64,000 bases of DNA from Octopus bimaculoides. Lineage: Eukaryota. Of this stretch, positions 26,001 to 38,657 are shown in pieces. The stretch is taken from contig NC_068984.1 in the NCBI RefSeq assembly GCF_001194135.2, positions 18,567,136 to 18,631,135 on the forward strand, written 5' to 3'. The notes beneath the pieces are model-generated. The model saw only the letters and a program-made list of their open reading frames with translations. It was not told the origin of the DNA and searched no databases. A program made the translations under genes and the position numbers. Position 1 is the stretch's first letter; every line of letters begins with the position of its first letter.

Positions 26001-29000
26001 CTTTGGTAAGTTTTCTCAGACTAAGAATACAGCTTTTGTGGGAGAATGATTTGGGGAAGGTGTTTAGAGCAACATTTAGGGATTAAACTTCATAGGATGA
26101 GTGACGGAGAGACAGGTCTGTGGGGGGATCCAAAATAGCAGTAGAATGCAGCTTGTTAGTTCAGATGATCAGAAGCTGTTTAGGTATTCGGTATCAGTAG
26201 ATAAAAATAAAGAGAAGAAAGCAACACATCTATGGTTGTGGTTGTCAAATGCTGATAAGGGAATATTTGCTGATCAACTAGATAACCATTTTTCGTATGC
26301 AAACCAGGATGTTTAGGTGTATAAACAAACACCAACTAATGTAGCTAAGTTTTGTACAGGGTCTGTAAGTGATCATCTTTTGAGATGAAACCTAGTTTAA
26401 GAGAAGCGGTTTTGGCAATGTTATGGATTTGAGCTTGATATGTATGATATTATCAGATTGTAATGCCTTGCATTTGTAGCAGCTATAAGGATTTTAGTTT
26501 GTGTCTTTTCAATGTGCAAAGCTCTTTCCTTTGTATGTAAAATAATTGAGTATTGATGTTGTTCCAGGAAACTAAGTTGTCATATCCATATTAATGAATG
26601 TTGTCAAGGCATCTGATCATAGAAGCAGTACAAGTTTTGCATGGTGTCCTCCAAATTGTATGTGGAAAAGTAGCATCACCTACATAGGCATGAATATGGT
26701 TAGAAATAATTGCACGTCTTTAGGGTATAATAAGTGTGTTGAAAACAACTAAAATTTGGGTTTACTACAGCTGATAGTGTGGCTGTGGAGAAAGTATTCT
26801 CAAATCATGCTGCAATGGAGCAGTTTAATTGGAAAATACTGATTCAAGAGATGAGAGGTGTATGGAGACTATAGTTTGGCAACTTATCTAAGATGTTCTC
26901 ATGATAGAGTCAGTCAAAGAGACTACACATAATGGACTGAGTTTCTAATAGGCCTAGATCTAAGGAAATTATATTGGTGGTCAGAGAGAGAATCAAGATG
27001 AAGAATCTCAAACTTAAAATTATGGCAGTTTTCTTCTTAACATCTTTTGAGAATTTATGTGTGAAGGCAGTCTAAAAGGTTGCTAGTTTGGGGAATGAAA
27101 CACACACTTGTGTTTCCATAGATTGAGGTGGTGGATCCTCAAAGATTTCTCTAGGTCAACATTTATTGGTGTCCAGAGGGATGCAGTTTTGAGAACACTT
27201 AGCAGGGGAGTGTTTAGAGCAAGTATGATAAGAGAAGGAGAGGCAGTTCTGTCAGGTGACCCATAGCAAAGAGAGAGAGAGAAACAGTGAAAAGTTTGGT
27301 GAAAACAAAAGCTAGATGTAAAAAGCATAGGGATGTTTCTTTGGATAAATCAGCGATTATAGAAGTTTTCCCATTTAGTTATCATGTGTACAGAGTAAAT
27401 AGTGGAGATAGATGAAGTCAAGAAGCTGAGTTTAAGAAAAGTTATGCTGTGTCAATGTGGAGTTGAAAGCAAAGCAGGAAACAAATAGAATTATTTTATT
27501 AATAAGTGTTTTAGTCACAGAGCCATTCTTGGTTGGGAGATGATGAGTAGAAGTATTCTGCAAAGCTAATCTGTCTGATAACAGTTTTATAAGTGTTGCA
27601 GAGGTAGATAGATGTCTTGTAATTGGTGGCAGGTGGCTTTCTCCATGTGTTGTAAGCACAATCAGTGAACCAATCGATCTATGTGATTGATGTTGAGGGT
27701 CAATCACACTTAGGTGAATGGTATCAATGACCAGTTTAACTGTAGAAATGGGAAGAGATGAAATTCATTTGCTACCAAAAGTTGCCGACTTAGAACTGGC
27801 AGAGTTCCAACCAGGGCTGGAAGGCAGAAGTTCTGTGTTAAAATGGTTTTGTGGTGCTTTGATTAGACTGTGATCAGATGATTTTTATGAGGAAGGAAAC
27901 AATGATCACTGTTCCAAATCAGTCAGTGTGGAAACAATGAATGTATCAAACCCAAAGGAGGTTCAATTCCCAAACTAAAAAAGATCTCTTATGTCTAGGA
28001 GAAATTTGAAAGATACTGTTTCTCTGATTAATATCATACAACAATGCCAATATACAGTCAAACATATACAATATAGTAATGAAAATACTCTGATAACCAT
28101 TGTATCTCAGCTTAGAAATATTCCATCAATATAAATTGCATAATGTCATAAAATACTATAAATATTTTCTGGAAAGAAGCCAAAACTTATTATTTTACAA
28201 CCAATTTTTACACCATTAATTCCAGAATTTATATGTATACCACACTTCACTGAAAAATTATCTTTTTATAAAGTGATTTTCTCGGTATATTAGTGACATA
28301 GAAAATGGCTCTGATAAAAAGTTTTTAAATGTAATTGATGGCTGAATAGATATAAATAAATTATAAAGTGTGTGTGAGAGAGAGAGAGGGAGGGAGAGAG
28401 TAATTTAAAAGAGAGTCATTAAAATATTTTTACATATAAAGAAGCTTAAGATTTAATACTTATCACATCTTATAGTAACATAATTTTGCAGTTGTCAGCA
28501 GATGAATCTCCATCATCATCATCCTCGTTTATGTGGAACAACCATCATCTTTATTGGCTTTGACTGAGTAGATCTGTATTGTGACATATTTGTACTCCTC
28601 CCACTCTAGTGTTATCTTAATAATGACACTAGCATGTTCATCATCATTTAACATACTTTTTTTCCATACTGGCATGGTTTCTACAGCTGGATGCCCTGCC
28701 TGATACCAATCACTTAACAGAGTGTACTGGGTGCTTTTTATGTGGCCCCCCCAACACTGGTGAGGTTGCCAAATACCCACATGATAAGACCCTCTCAGTT
28801 GAGCAGGGTATAAACTGGAGAAATAAGAAACTTACGATAGAGGGAGAGGAGCAGATGTCTTGCTGAAGATGTGAATACACAGCTTGTCCACCTGGAAAGT
28901 GAGTGGGGGGAAGATGTGGGTTCCAGGTACAACATGCAGGATACAGAATAGGATGGAAGAGTGGAAAAAGTAGATGTGTGAGATTAAATCCATGCATTAT

Positions 29001-32000
29001 TAGATATATGACAAGTTTATCGAAAATCAATGGGATTCGCCATCAAGCTGAGAACCACAAATTACCAGACTGATAGAGTTGGCAGAATGTTTCATCACCG
29101 GCTATGTTTTGCATACAGAGATGGTCAAAGCAATTAAATCTGAATGGACCACTCTGCATAACTGTATGAGGGTACCATACAGTAGAATGGTTCATTGTGG
29201 TAACATTGCAAAGTTCATAGGTACTTTGTTAGGTTGCCTGACCAAATGCATCTTCTTTTTTGTGATTGTAATCCAAAAATGATTTGGGTCCCATTTGTCT
29301 CAACTATGTCGATAAGGATCATCACCATTGATGTACACCTGTAACCAGAAAAGGTCAAGTTTACATATGTGTACCCTATTGTCTCCACAACCTACACAGA
29401 TATGTTAAAGTATTGTTTATAAGCTATTGATTGGATTGTCATCTAACTTCAACATCATAATGTCCTTTTATGTTAGCATAACAAGACTTACTATCATAGT
29501 CTTTTGTCATCTGTTTTGTGAGCCTCAGTGTTCTGGTGCCTAAACTCATAACGTCCTCCTTGATAGCATATGCCACCTTTCCACTCAACATTCACTGTTC
29601 ATATACGTCACATATAGATGCCAGTGGGTCATGCTCATCTAATTTTTCTCCAGCCTCTGCAGACCATACATTTTTTGGCTGGTACCTCTTCATTATCATA
29701 CAGCCTCACACTTCTTGTACATGCTTTCTATAGTCAACATCTTATTTTAGATTTCTTTATTTAATAACACACTGCAAAGTGGTTGGCATTGGGAAGGACA
29801 TCCAGCCATATAATCCATGCCAAAGCAGACAGTAGAGCTTGGCGCAGTCTTCTGACTTGCCAGCTCCTGTCAAACTGTACAACCCATGCCAGCATGGGAA
29901 ACAGACAATAAATTATCATGATGATGAATAACATCATTATTTTGACTTTCATGTAAAGCCATCATCAGTTGAGTAAACACAATATTATTTCAGTAACTCA
30001 ACAAACTTTTTTTTAATCATATGAGTTATCTTGTACCTATTTATTGTAATCACCACCAAAATCTGTTAAACACTGAACTAACTGCAACATGTCCTGACCA
30101 ATGTGTTCCATCCAACCAAACAGTAAAATAGAGAGTTTGGATTGTCTTCTGAAATGGCATAATCAGCAATAAGTGATTTTAAAAATTATCTTCCTCATTG
30201 CCGACAATAAACACTACCCCTGGTCTTTGCTTCTCCCTCTGCAAATATATATCCTGCAGTTAGTTGTTCAAGGGAAACATAACCACACTGTAGATCAGTG
30301 ACCCAGCTCTTTTCTTCAGATTAAGCTAATCAAAAGAAAAATTAATATTGTTCATGGAGATGTTTCTCATTCTATTGAAATTAGTAATACTTAATTAGAT
30401 GAAGTCGGGTTGACAACAATATAGGAGATTCAACCTTTTTAGGAATTAGTATCACTCTCATGGTTAGTGCTCTGAGTCTTAAAGAAGTCCTGCAAACACA
30501 TACACAAGAATGATAGATGTACAATTAATAAACTCCAAAATCAAAAGCTGATTTTCAAGGCAGTTAACTAAAACTAAATTGTCGTATTTGATAGCATAAA
30601 AGATACGTGTGTATATTAGATGCACCCCAGTTTCAGCAGTACATATTGAGGGAGAAAAGTTTTCAGTCCATTAATGCATGTAATATAGGCCCAACTTCAC
30701 ATGTAGGACCCAGGGTGATATTTTTGGAGACAATTTTAGAGGGGAAATAAGGCATGGCCTATGACATCAGATATGATACTCAGATTTTAAATGTAAAAGT
30801 ATTAACACTTAAACAGCTGGTATCATCAACTGATGTTTCAAAAATTTTACACGGATACATCCTTCATCAATTGACACTTGAGTGCCTACTTCATCAAATT
30901 CACTTAAGTGTAAGTGGCCCTTATTGATGGGAGAAATCAAGTCACAAGTGGAAGATTTATACTATGTTGAAGTTTTTTTTTTCTGACTTTCCTTCATCAT
31001 CATGATGATGATTATGATGCTCTAGATAGTATAGAAGAAATGATGTTTCATCTAGCTCTGGATGAGAAAAGTGCACCAATTTTTCTCTGACAAAAATGTG
31101 GAAATCTCAAATAAATTTATGCATATGCTGGATATGCAAAGGAAAGTGAATATTTTACAGCACTTTTCAATAATGAAATTGTAAATTTTCATAGTTTTTT
31201 AAAAAGGAAATTCATCATCATCATCGTTTAACATCCACCTTTCATGTTGGCATGGGTTAGCTGATTTGTCAGGAGCCTGCACCAGACTTCTGTGTCTGTT
31301 TTGGCAGGGTTTTTTATGGTTGGATGCCCTTCCTGACATTAACCACCCAGCAGAGTGGACTAAATAAGTTTTAAAAAAGATATTTTTTGTTTTTTGCCAT
31401 ATGCATTCATGCAGCCCTTTCCTGCTATTTAAGGATTAAGGGAAGCAGGATCGTATTTGATAATAATGTGAAGACTAAGTCTCTAAGCATATTCAGGGTT
31501 TTGAGGACTCAAAGAATATTTTAATAGAAACAAAATTATCTCAATTTTCTTAATTTATTTTTTTCTCTCTCTTATTTTCAGATATTTTGCATGTTTACTC
31601 TGAAATCTATATTGGCTTGTTTTCCAATCCAAGATTTTTGTCTCTCATCATTTGTCTGCATTTTAATTTCATACATTATTTACAATAATAATTGTTGTTA
31701 TATACAAAGAAATAGTTTGTTGTGTGTTTGATGTGATCTTTAAAAAAAGAAATGTATTTTTTTTTTAATTCTTTAATCTTTAGTCTTCAAAAGGTCTAAT
31801 GTGTTCTATGTTTAATTCAACGTAGGTATCATATTTTCTCCATAACCTATACAGATATGTTAGCATATTAATCCAATGCTGATTGAAACATCATTCATAA
31901 ACATTTTAATATCTGTTCTTTTATGTTAATGTGAATCTGCATTGTAGCACATTTCCAATCACCATAGTGCTTTGTCATCTCTTTTGTGAAGTTCAGTGTT

Positions 32001-35000
32001 CACAACTTCCATTCTCATCAGTTTTTACCGTGACAGGACATACAGCCTTTGTACTCAGCATGCACTGTCCGTATACATCACATATAGAAACCGGTGCAGT
32101 TGTTTTTCTCATGCACTTCAGTTAATGTCTTTAATGCTCTGCTCTTCTTACAGTTCACTTGTTCTCTGCCTTTCAAGCAAACATTATCTATCCAATGGTT
32201 CATGCACATTTCATTAACATGCAGCATCATACATATTCTGAATTTCTGTTGCATTATACAATATTCCTGTTAACAACAGAGGTGATCCCAACATTTCTTA
32301 AGGTTCTTTCCACATGTCTTTTGCTACAGTCACCTCCACTCCACTACCACTTTGATTACCTTGGTAACAAAATCTACCAGCTAATCTAGTGTACCATGAT
32401 GTACCATCTGAACAATTCTTGAACTTGGTTTCATGTCTCTACTGCTCACTATTCCAATACATTTAGTACATCCAAATTCTTGATTTTGGCAGTCTACCAG
32501 TGAGTCCACTGCTGCTGATGTGTAACCATCACTTGCACTGAACACACACTATCAAGTCTCTACTTCTACTCTATATATGGAACTGGAACTTTCTTCATTC
32601 TGTTAGCAGTTACAGTTCTGGTTTTGACCATGCTAATTTTTAGGTCTTTTAATTCTAGTTCATGTTTCAAGGTTTGGAACTAATGTAACTCTTCCACATA
32701 TTCTCCCATGAGAATGAGGTCTTCCAAGGACCACCAGTTCTTGACTGTTTTGTTATAGCCTTAAAAACTGTAGTGAGGAGGAGGAGGAGGAGGAGGAAGC
32801 CGAAAACAAAGTCATGACAAGCACCTTCTGTCCTAAGGCCTTCAACTCTTGATGGATTCTATGGGTGCTAGCATGATACAGTGATGTATCTAAGGCATTT
32901 TTAAACCTAGTGGAATTCATTCCTATCTAGGTTTGACCATAGCCAATTTCTTCTAGAAAGTGGGGGGAGGGCACAAACAAAAAGGGAGGAGAACCGATCA
33001 CCAGTAAAAGATTGATACTTTATTTATTGACCCTCAATGAATGAAAGGCAAAGTTGATCTCAGTGGTATTTGAACTCAGAGTGAAGAGAGTCAGAATGAC
33101 AATTCACCTGAAAATTTACCACCTGGTCAACAGCTACATGTATACTAAATTGTTCACTGCACTTGTTTTTGGCATTCGACTTAGCCCCATCTTAAATTAA
33201 CTAGCCTTGTGTCGAAATTTTATACCATTATTCAATGATGAAGTAAGGAATATCAGTATCTCACCTATGGAATCCCTATTTGCATATAATTATAGAAAAG
33301 TCTGGGTTATTAAGTTCACTTCTCAACCATGTGGTTTTAAGTTCAACTCTACTGTGCAGAAGCTTACTGTAGGTATATATATCATCATCATTGTTTAACA
33401 TCCACTTTCCATGCTGGCATAGGTTGAACGGTTTGACTGAGGACTGGCAAGCCAGGAGGCTGTGCCAGGCTCCAATTTGATCTGGCAAGGTTTCAACAGC
33501 TGGATGCCCTTCCTAACACCAACCACTCCGAGAGTGTAGTGGGTGCTTTTTATGTGCCACCAACACGGGGTGTTTCATATGAAAATACTTTATAGTATTT
33601 TCTCTTCCTTTGTTTTACAGATACTCCTTAGATACTCTCTTTCAATCACAAATACAATGAACCATTGGAAGCTAGTAATCAACAATGTTGATTTTAATAA
33701 TTGGTCACCAGAGAAAAAAAAAAAAACATCGGAGAATAAGTATCATCGATATGATTTAGATTTGAGGATATCAGTGCTAAATTTTTAAGTATTTGATGGA
33801 CATTATCAAATTAGATTATCTATATTATGATTATATCAATGGAGAAAATATTTATATATGCTTTTTTAAATTTAAAAAAAATAAGACTAAAAGCTTTAAA
33901 CATTGAAATTCTTTCTACTTTGTGGTTTTTTTGTTTTTTTTTTCGGTCTTTATAAATATTTACAGTAAATTAATTGAAGTTTCTGTTTGTGACTCTGTTT
34001 ATTTTCCAATTTCCACTTTAGCGACACCAAAATCCACAATTAGCCCCCATGCGTCGAAAGCAGTAAAACCGTTGAGAACTCTCCAAGAAGAGCAACAGCA
34101 ACGAGAACGGAAGCCTCTTCTACAGCAGGACACCGAAGAGGTAAACATTTTCAACCTCCCTCAATTGCTTTTATGAAATCTTTGTTAAAAACACATCTTA
34201 AGATCTTCTCTGTACAGTGGAGAACAATTTTCAATTATTTTATTATAATGTTGAAATTTTGATTGATATTTTATTCGTGTTATAGCATTAGTCTTCTAAA
34301 TTCACTATTCTGAAGGAGTTATATGAAATAACTTATAGAAAAACGAAACAAAAAAAATCATTACAACTTCTTTGAATGGTTAAGCTTTGTTAGCATTCCA
34401 ATCATGGTCATCTTCAAGTACTTCAGTCTTTCTGCCTGAATATTTAACATAAGACATGTAAACACATTATATATCATTTTTAAGAAAAGCAGCCTCTGTA
34501 ACCATACCAACTGCTGGCCTCTTGCTCTCAACTCTAACACTTCCAAGTTGATAGTAACACTTGTTAACGCTTATATTACCATATTTTTGTTGAAATGCAC
34601 TGATTTTGTTTCAATTAATTTTGAAAATAATGAAGCATTTAGTAAAATTACTTTGTCATTATTAATCTAGTGTTTGAAACATAAATTAACATGAAATTCT
34701 GGTGAAAGTTTTAATTCAGCTCACTTAAAAAAAAGAAATTTGTGTCATAGAACAAGGGGTCAATTTTAGATGGGTTGGTATCAAAAGAGTTAACAAACCA
34801 GCTACTATTGTTGTTTAGTCCCCAAATCAACTCTGATCAAGCAGACCCTTGATCAAAGTATTGCAGCCATGATTATCCCATCTTATATTCAAACAAAGCA
34901 TACAGGACTGAATTCACCAGTTGTCCTTCCTTTTTAAAATGGTAAGATGTAGTGTGACAGGAATTTTGTTGCTATTCCTAGCACATCAAATGAACACTAT

Positions 35001-37659
35001 GGCTCCCCACACATGGTTGTCGACTCGAATAATCACTTTTGTTGATATTGTAAATCTTTTTTCCTTTCTTAATGACGACCATTGCACATGTTATACAAAT
35101 TGTCAACTATCTCACAAAGCTGAGGATGACTGACCACCAGATTTAACTTCTGCGGCCCCTCATGATACCGTGCACATATCACATATATATACTTGATATG
35201 GATGCAGGTACGACTGAATAGTGAAGCTGTTCTCTTTGCAAGTTTAGTTTCACTATGTGACACTTAGAGCAAGTGAAATTTGATAGATGTACTGAAAGGC
35301 AGGGCTCCAGCATAACCACACTATCACAAGTGAAACTAATAAAAGAGTAAATGCATTATATAAAGAAGAAAAGTGTTTCTTTGTCTCTCTTCATTAACCC
35401 TTTAGTGTTCAGATTACTCTGTTAAAGGTAATACTTTTTCACTCAAATTGTTTTGAATTAATCATGCATTATCTTATAGCTTTGAGGTTTCAATGATGTG
35501 ATTCTTTAGTTTTAGAATGTCATTGTAGGTTAGGTGTGAGAGGCTAGATATCACCAGTTTGAATATAAAACATGTAGAATATCTGGGCCAGATATGGCCG
35601 GTTTAAACACTAAAGGGTTAATCCATGGTCTGCAAATTTAGTTGGATCTTTCTTCAATATCTTCCACCTTTAAAAGGAATTTCTTCTGAATATACTCCCT
35701 ATAATACCCTATTCTCACCTAAACCTAAGACATCCCTACTTTATATAACAATACAAAACTAAATGAAATACCCCCAATATTTGAATGACTTTATATAATT
35801 TTAACTAATTACTATAGTCACAGAGAGCAATTGGATACCAGAGTATACAAAATTAATTTCAAGTTGTTTCATAATGCTATGAAATATATAGGATCATTTT
35901 CGTATTAAGCACACTGGTAATAACAAAATGTCTGAATTCGTTTTTACTCTTATTTTCAAACTCTATTTGCTTAAAAAATCTTGGTGTTAACCATTCTCTC
36001 TCTTATATTCTCAGGATTTTGATGAGGATTTTGATATGGCACACAAGCACAGTATTTTTAACAAGGATCCCAATAGTGTTGATAGTGATGATTTTCAGGA
36101 ATTCGAGTCTTATCAGAGCCAGCATTCATCTCCTTTTGCTGAAAAGTTTGTGGCTCAGAGGCCCACAACTATATCCCATTCTGTGACTGCTGATAGTTTG
36201 ATGGAGATTCAAACAAAAAGTTTTACTCCCAGCATGACTTCTAGTGGCTATGGTTCACAAGCAGTTTCTACCCTCACCTTATCATCAGAGGATTCTGTTA
36301 GTATTCGGAGTATCAACCTTGATGAAGCCTCGGCTGAAGGGAAGAACAGTCCTCCAAAAACATTTCCAACTCCACTTAGTGACCGAGGGCTAGAAAGTAT
36401 CCCTGATAAGGCCCCCATGAAAAGCTTTTCCCTTGATTCCATTGCTGATCAAGCCGTGTCTGCTGCTCGTCTGGCTGATTTAATTAATGGTAATATCGTC
36501 TCTGACAACAATGAACAGGATGAATCTGACTTTTCCTACATGCTAAATCAAAGCAATGATTTCAGTGATACTTTGCAATCAACAGTGGACAACCACAGAT
36601 CTTCAAAGTCCACTTTAATGGATCTGGATAGCTCCTCAGTCAATGAGATTACAATGAATCCAGCCTCTCATCCTTATCAGGATCAAGATCATGAATACAG
36701 TTTCAAGGAGGAAGATTACAACAGCCAGGTACTTGCAAATGCAACCAAAAACTTAAATCTATCATCTGATTTTAACGATACTTCTGAAATGCTACATTCA
36801 CGTAGATCACCATTGGAAGGTAGCAACAGTTTGCATGATATGGACTACGAGATGTCCTCTCCTCAGGGCCAAAGTACACCTCTTAAAAAGACCCAATCAG
36901 TTGATGATAATGAACTAGATTCCAGTACCTCCCTCTCACATAGCTGTGACTGGGGAGATTCTTACAATGAGACAACTGAGGATGATCTCAATAAAGTATG
37001 TAATACTCTCCACGATATGGACACAGATAACAAGCAATGCAAGCAAGCTGCTGCCAAAGGTAATTCCAACCAACATGTCAACAGAAAACTACTTACTGAT
37101 TCCTCTACAAATATCAATAGCAACATGACTGACAATCCAAAGAAGAGCACATCAAAAAGTGATTCTAAATCCTACTCTGCAAATAGCCTTGAACGCAAGA
37201 ATAACTCTGATAAACGGACTGTAGAGGGACATCTAAAGAGGAATCTTAGTCATGGTTCTGCACATAAAAGACGCCCAGTTTCATGCTCTCTGCCTAGTGG
37301 CAGTGAAATAACAACATCATCCTCCATGAAAGACCTTTCTTATCAAAACATGAATATGTCTACATCAAACGAGACTCTGTCAGGTATGTTGATTTCAGTA
37401 ACAATCTTCTTACCCATTTTTAATAATTTTCTTGTATTTTAAACTGATTTTCATGCACAGAATTCTCAATTATTGTTTTGAAGACAGCCATTAGACCCTC
37501 ATAGCATTGTTGTGCAGCATTGTTTGGTTAAAGAAGTTGGATGCTGACAGCCCTCAAGATTCATCTGCCCAGCTTAAATTTTCGTACTACTTGAGATTTT
37601 GAAAGCCCAAAGAGTACATTAGTCTCACGAACAAATAACAAATTTTAATTTTAACTTTT

Positions 37660-37746
<87 letters not shown>

Positions 37747-37747
37747 T

Positions 37748-37799
<52 letters not shown>

Positions 37800-38578
37800 A
37801 CACACAGCTACACACAACAAAAGTTAGGCTGATCAATCTTGAGGATTGCCTATGACACAGTACCCATGTCACTTTGCAGACTACAGAATGTCTTGATTTC
37901 AAAATCTATTTGCAGTACATGGGTGTATAGCATCAACAGTGAAACAGAAGCTTTTATTTCCATTTTAATATAGGTGGGCTAGGACAGACAGACAACTTAA
38001 TACCAGTGAGCACTTACATTGTCCATTCTCTCAGATTTGATAACAAATGGCCTCTGTAGGTATACACCCATTCAGTAAATGCTCATTATTGAACAGATAG
38101 CTTGGCTACCATACATTGATGATATACATCAGCTCACAATCAATTTGATCAACTGATATTTATTTTATTAACCCTAGAGGGATTTGAACTCAGAATCTAA
38201 ACAACACAGTGTTTTATTCACTGCTCTAACAGTTTTCCAAACTAGCACCGAAACTTTATTGGGCACTAAGCTATAAAACATTCACTTCTTCAACCGATGG
38301 TGAAAGAAAAATCAATTAGAATTTGCAAAATTATGTATATTCAAGGGAAAAAAAATACCTGTAAGAATATTTTACTAATTTACATTTTAGTTGTAAATGC
38401 AGGCATTGATGTGTGGTTAAGAAGCTTGCTTCCCAGCCTTGTGGTCTTTAGTTCAATTCCACTGCCTGGCACCTTGGGCAAGCGTCTTTTAATATAGCTT
38501 TGGGCTGACCAAAGCCTTGTGAATGGATTCAATAGATGGAAACTGAAAGTAACCCATTGCATATATCTATCTATCTAT

Positions 38579-38657
<79 letters not shown>

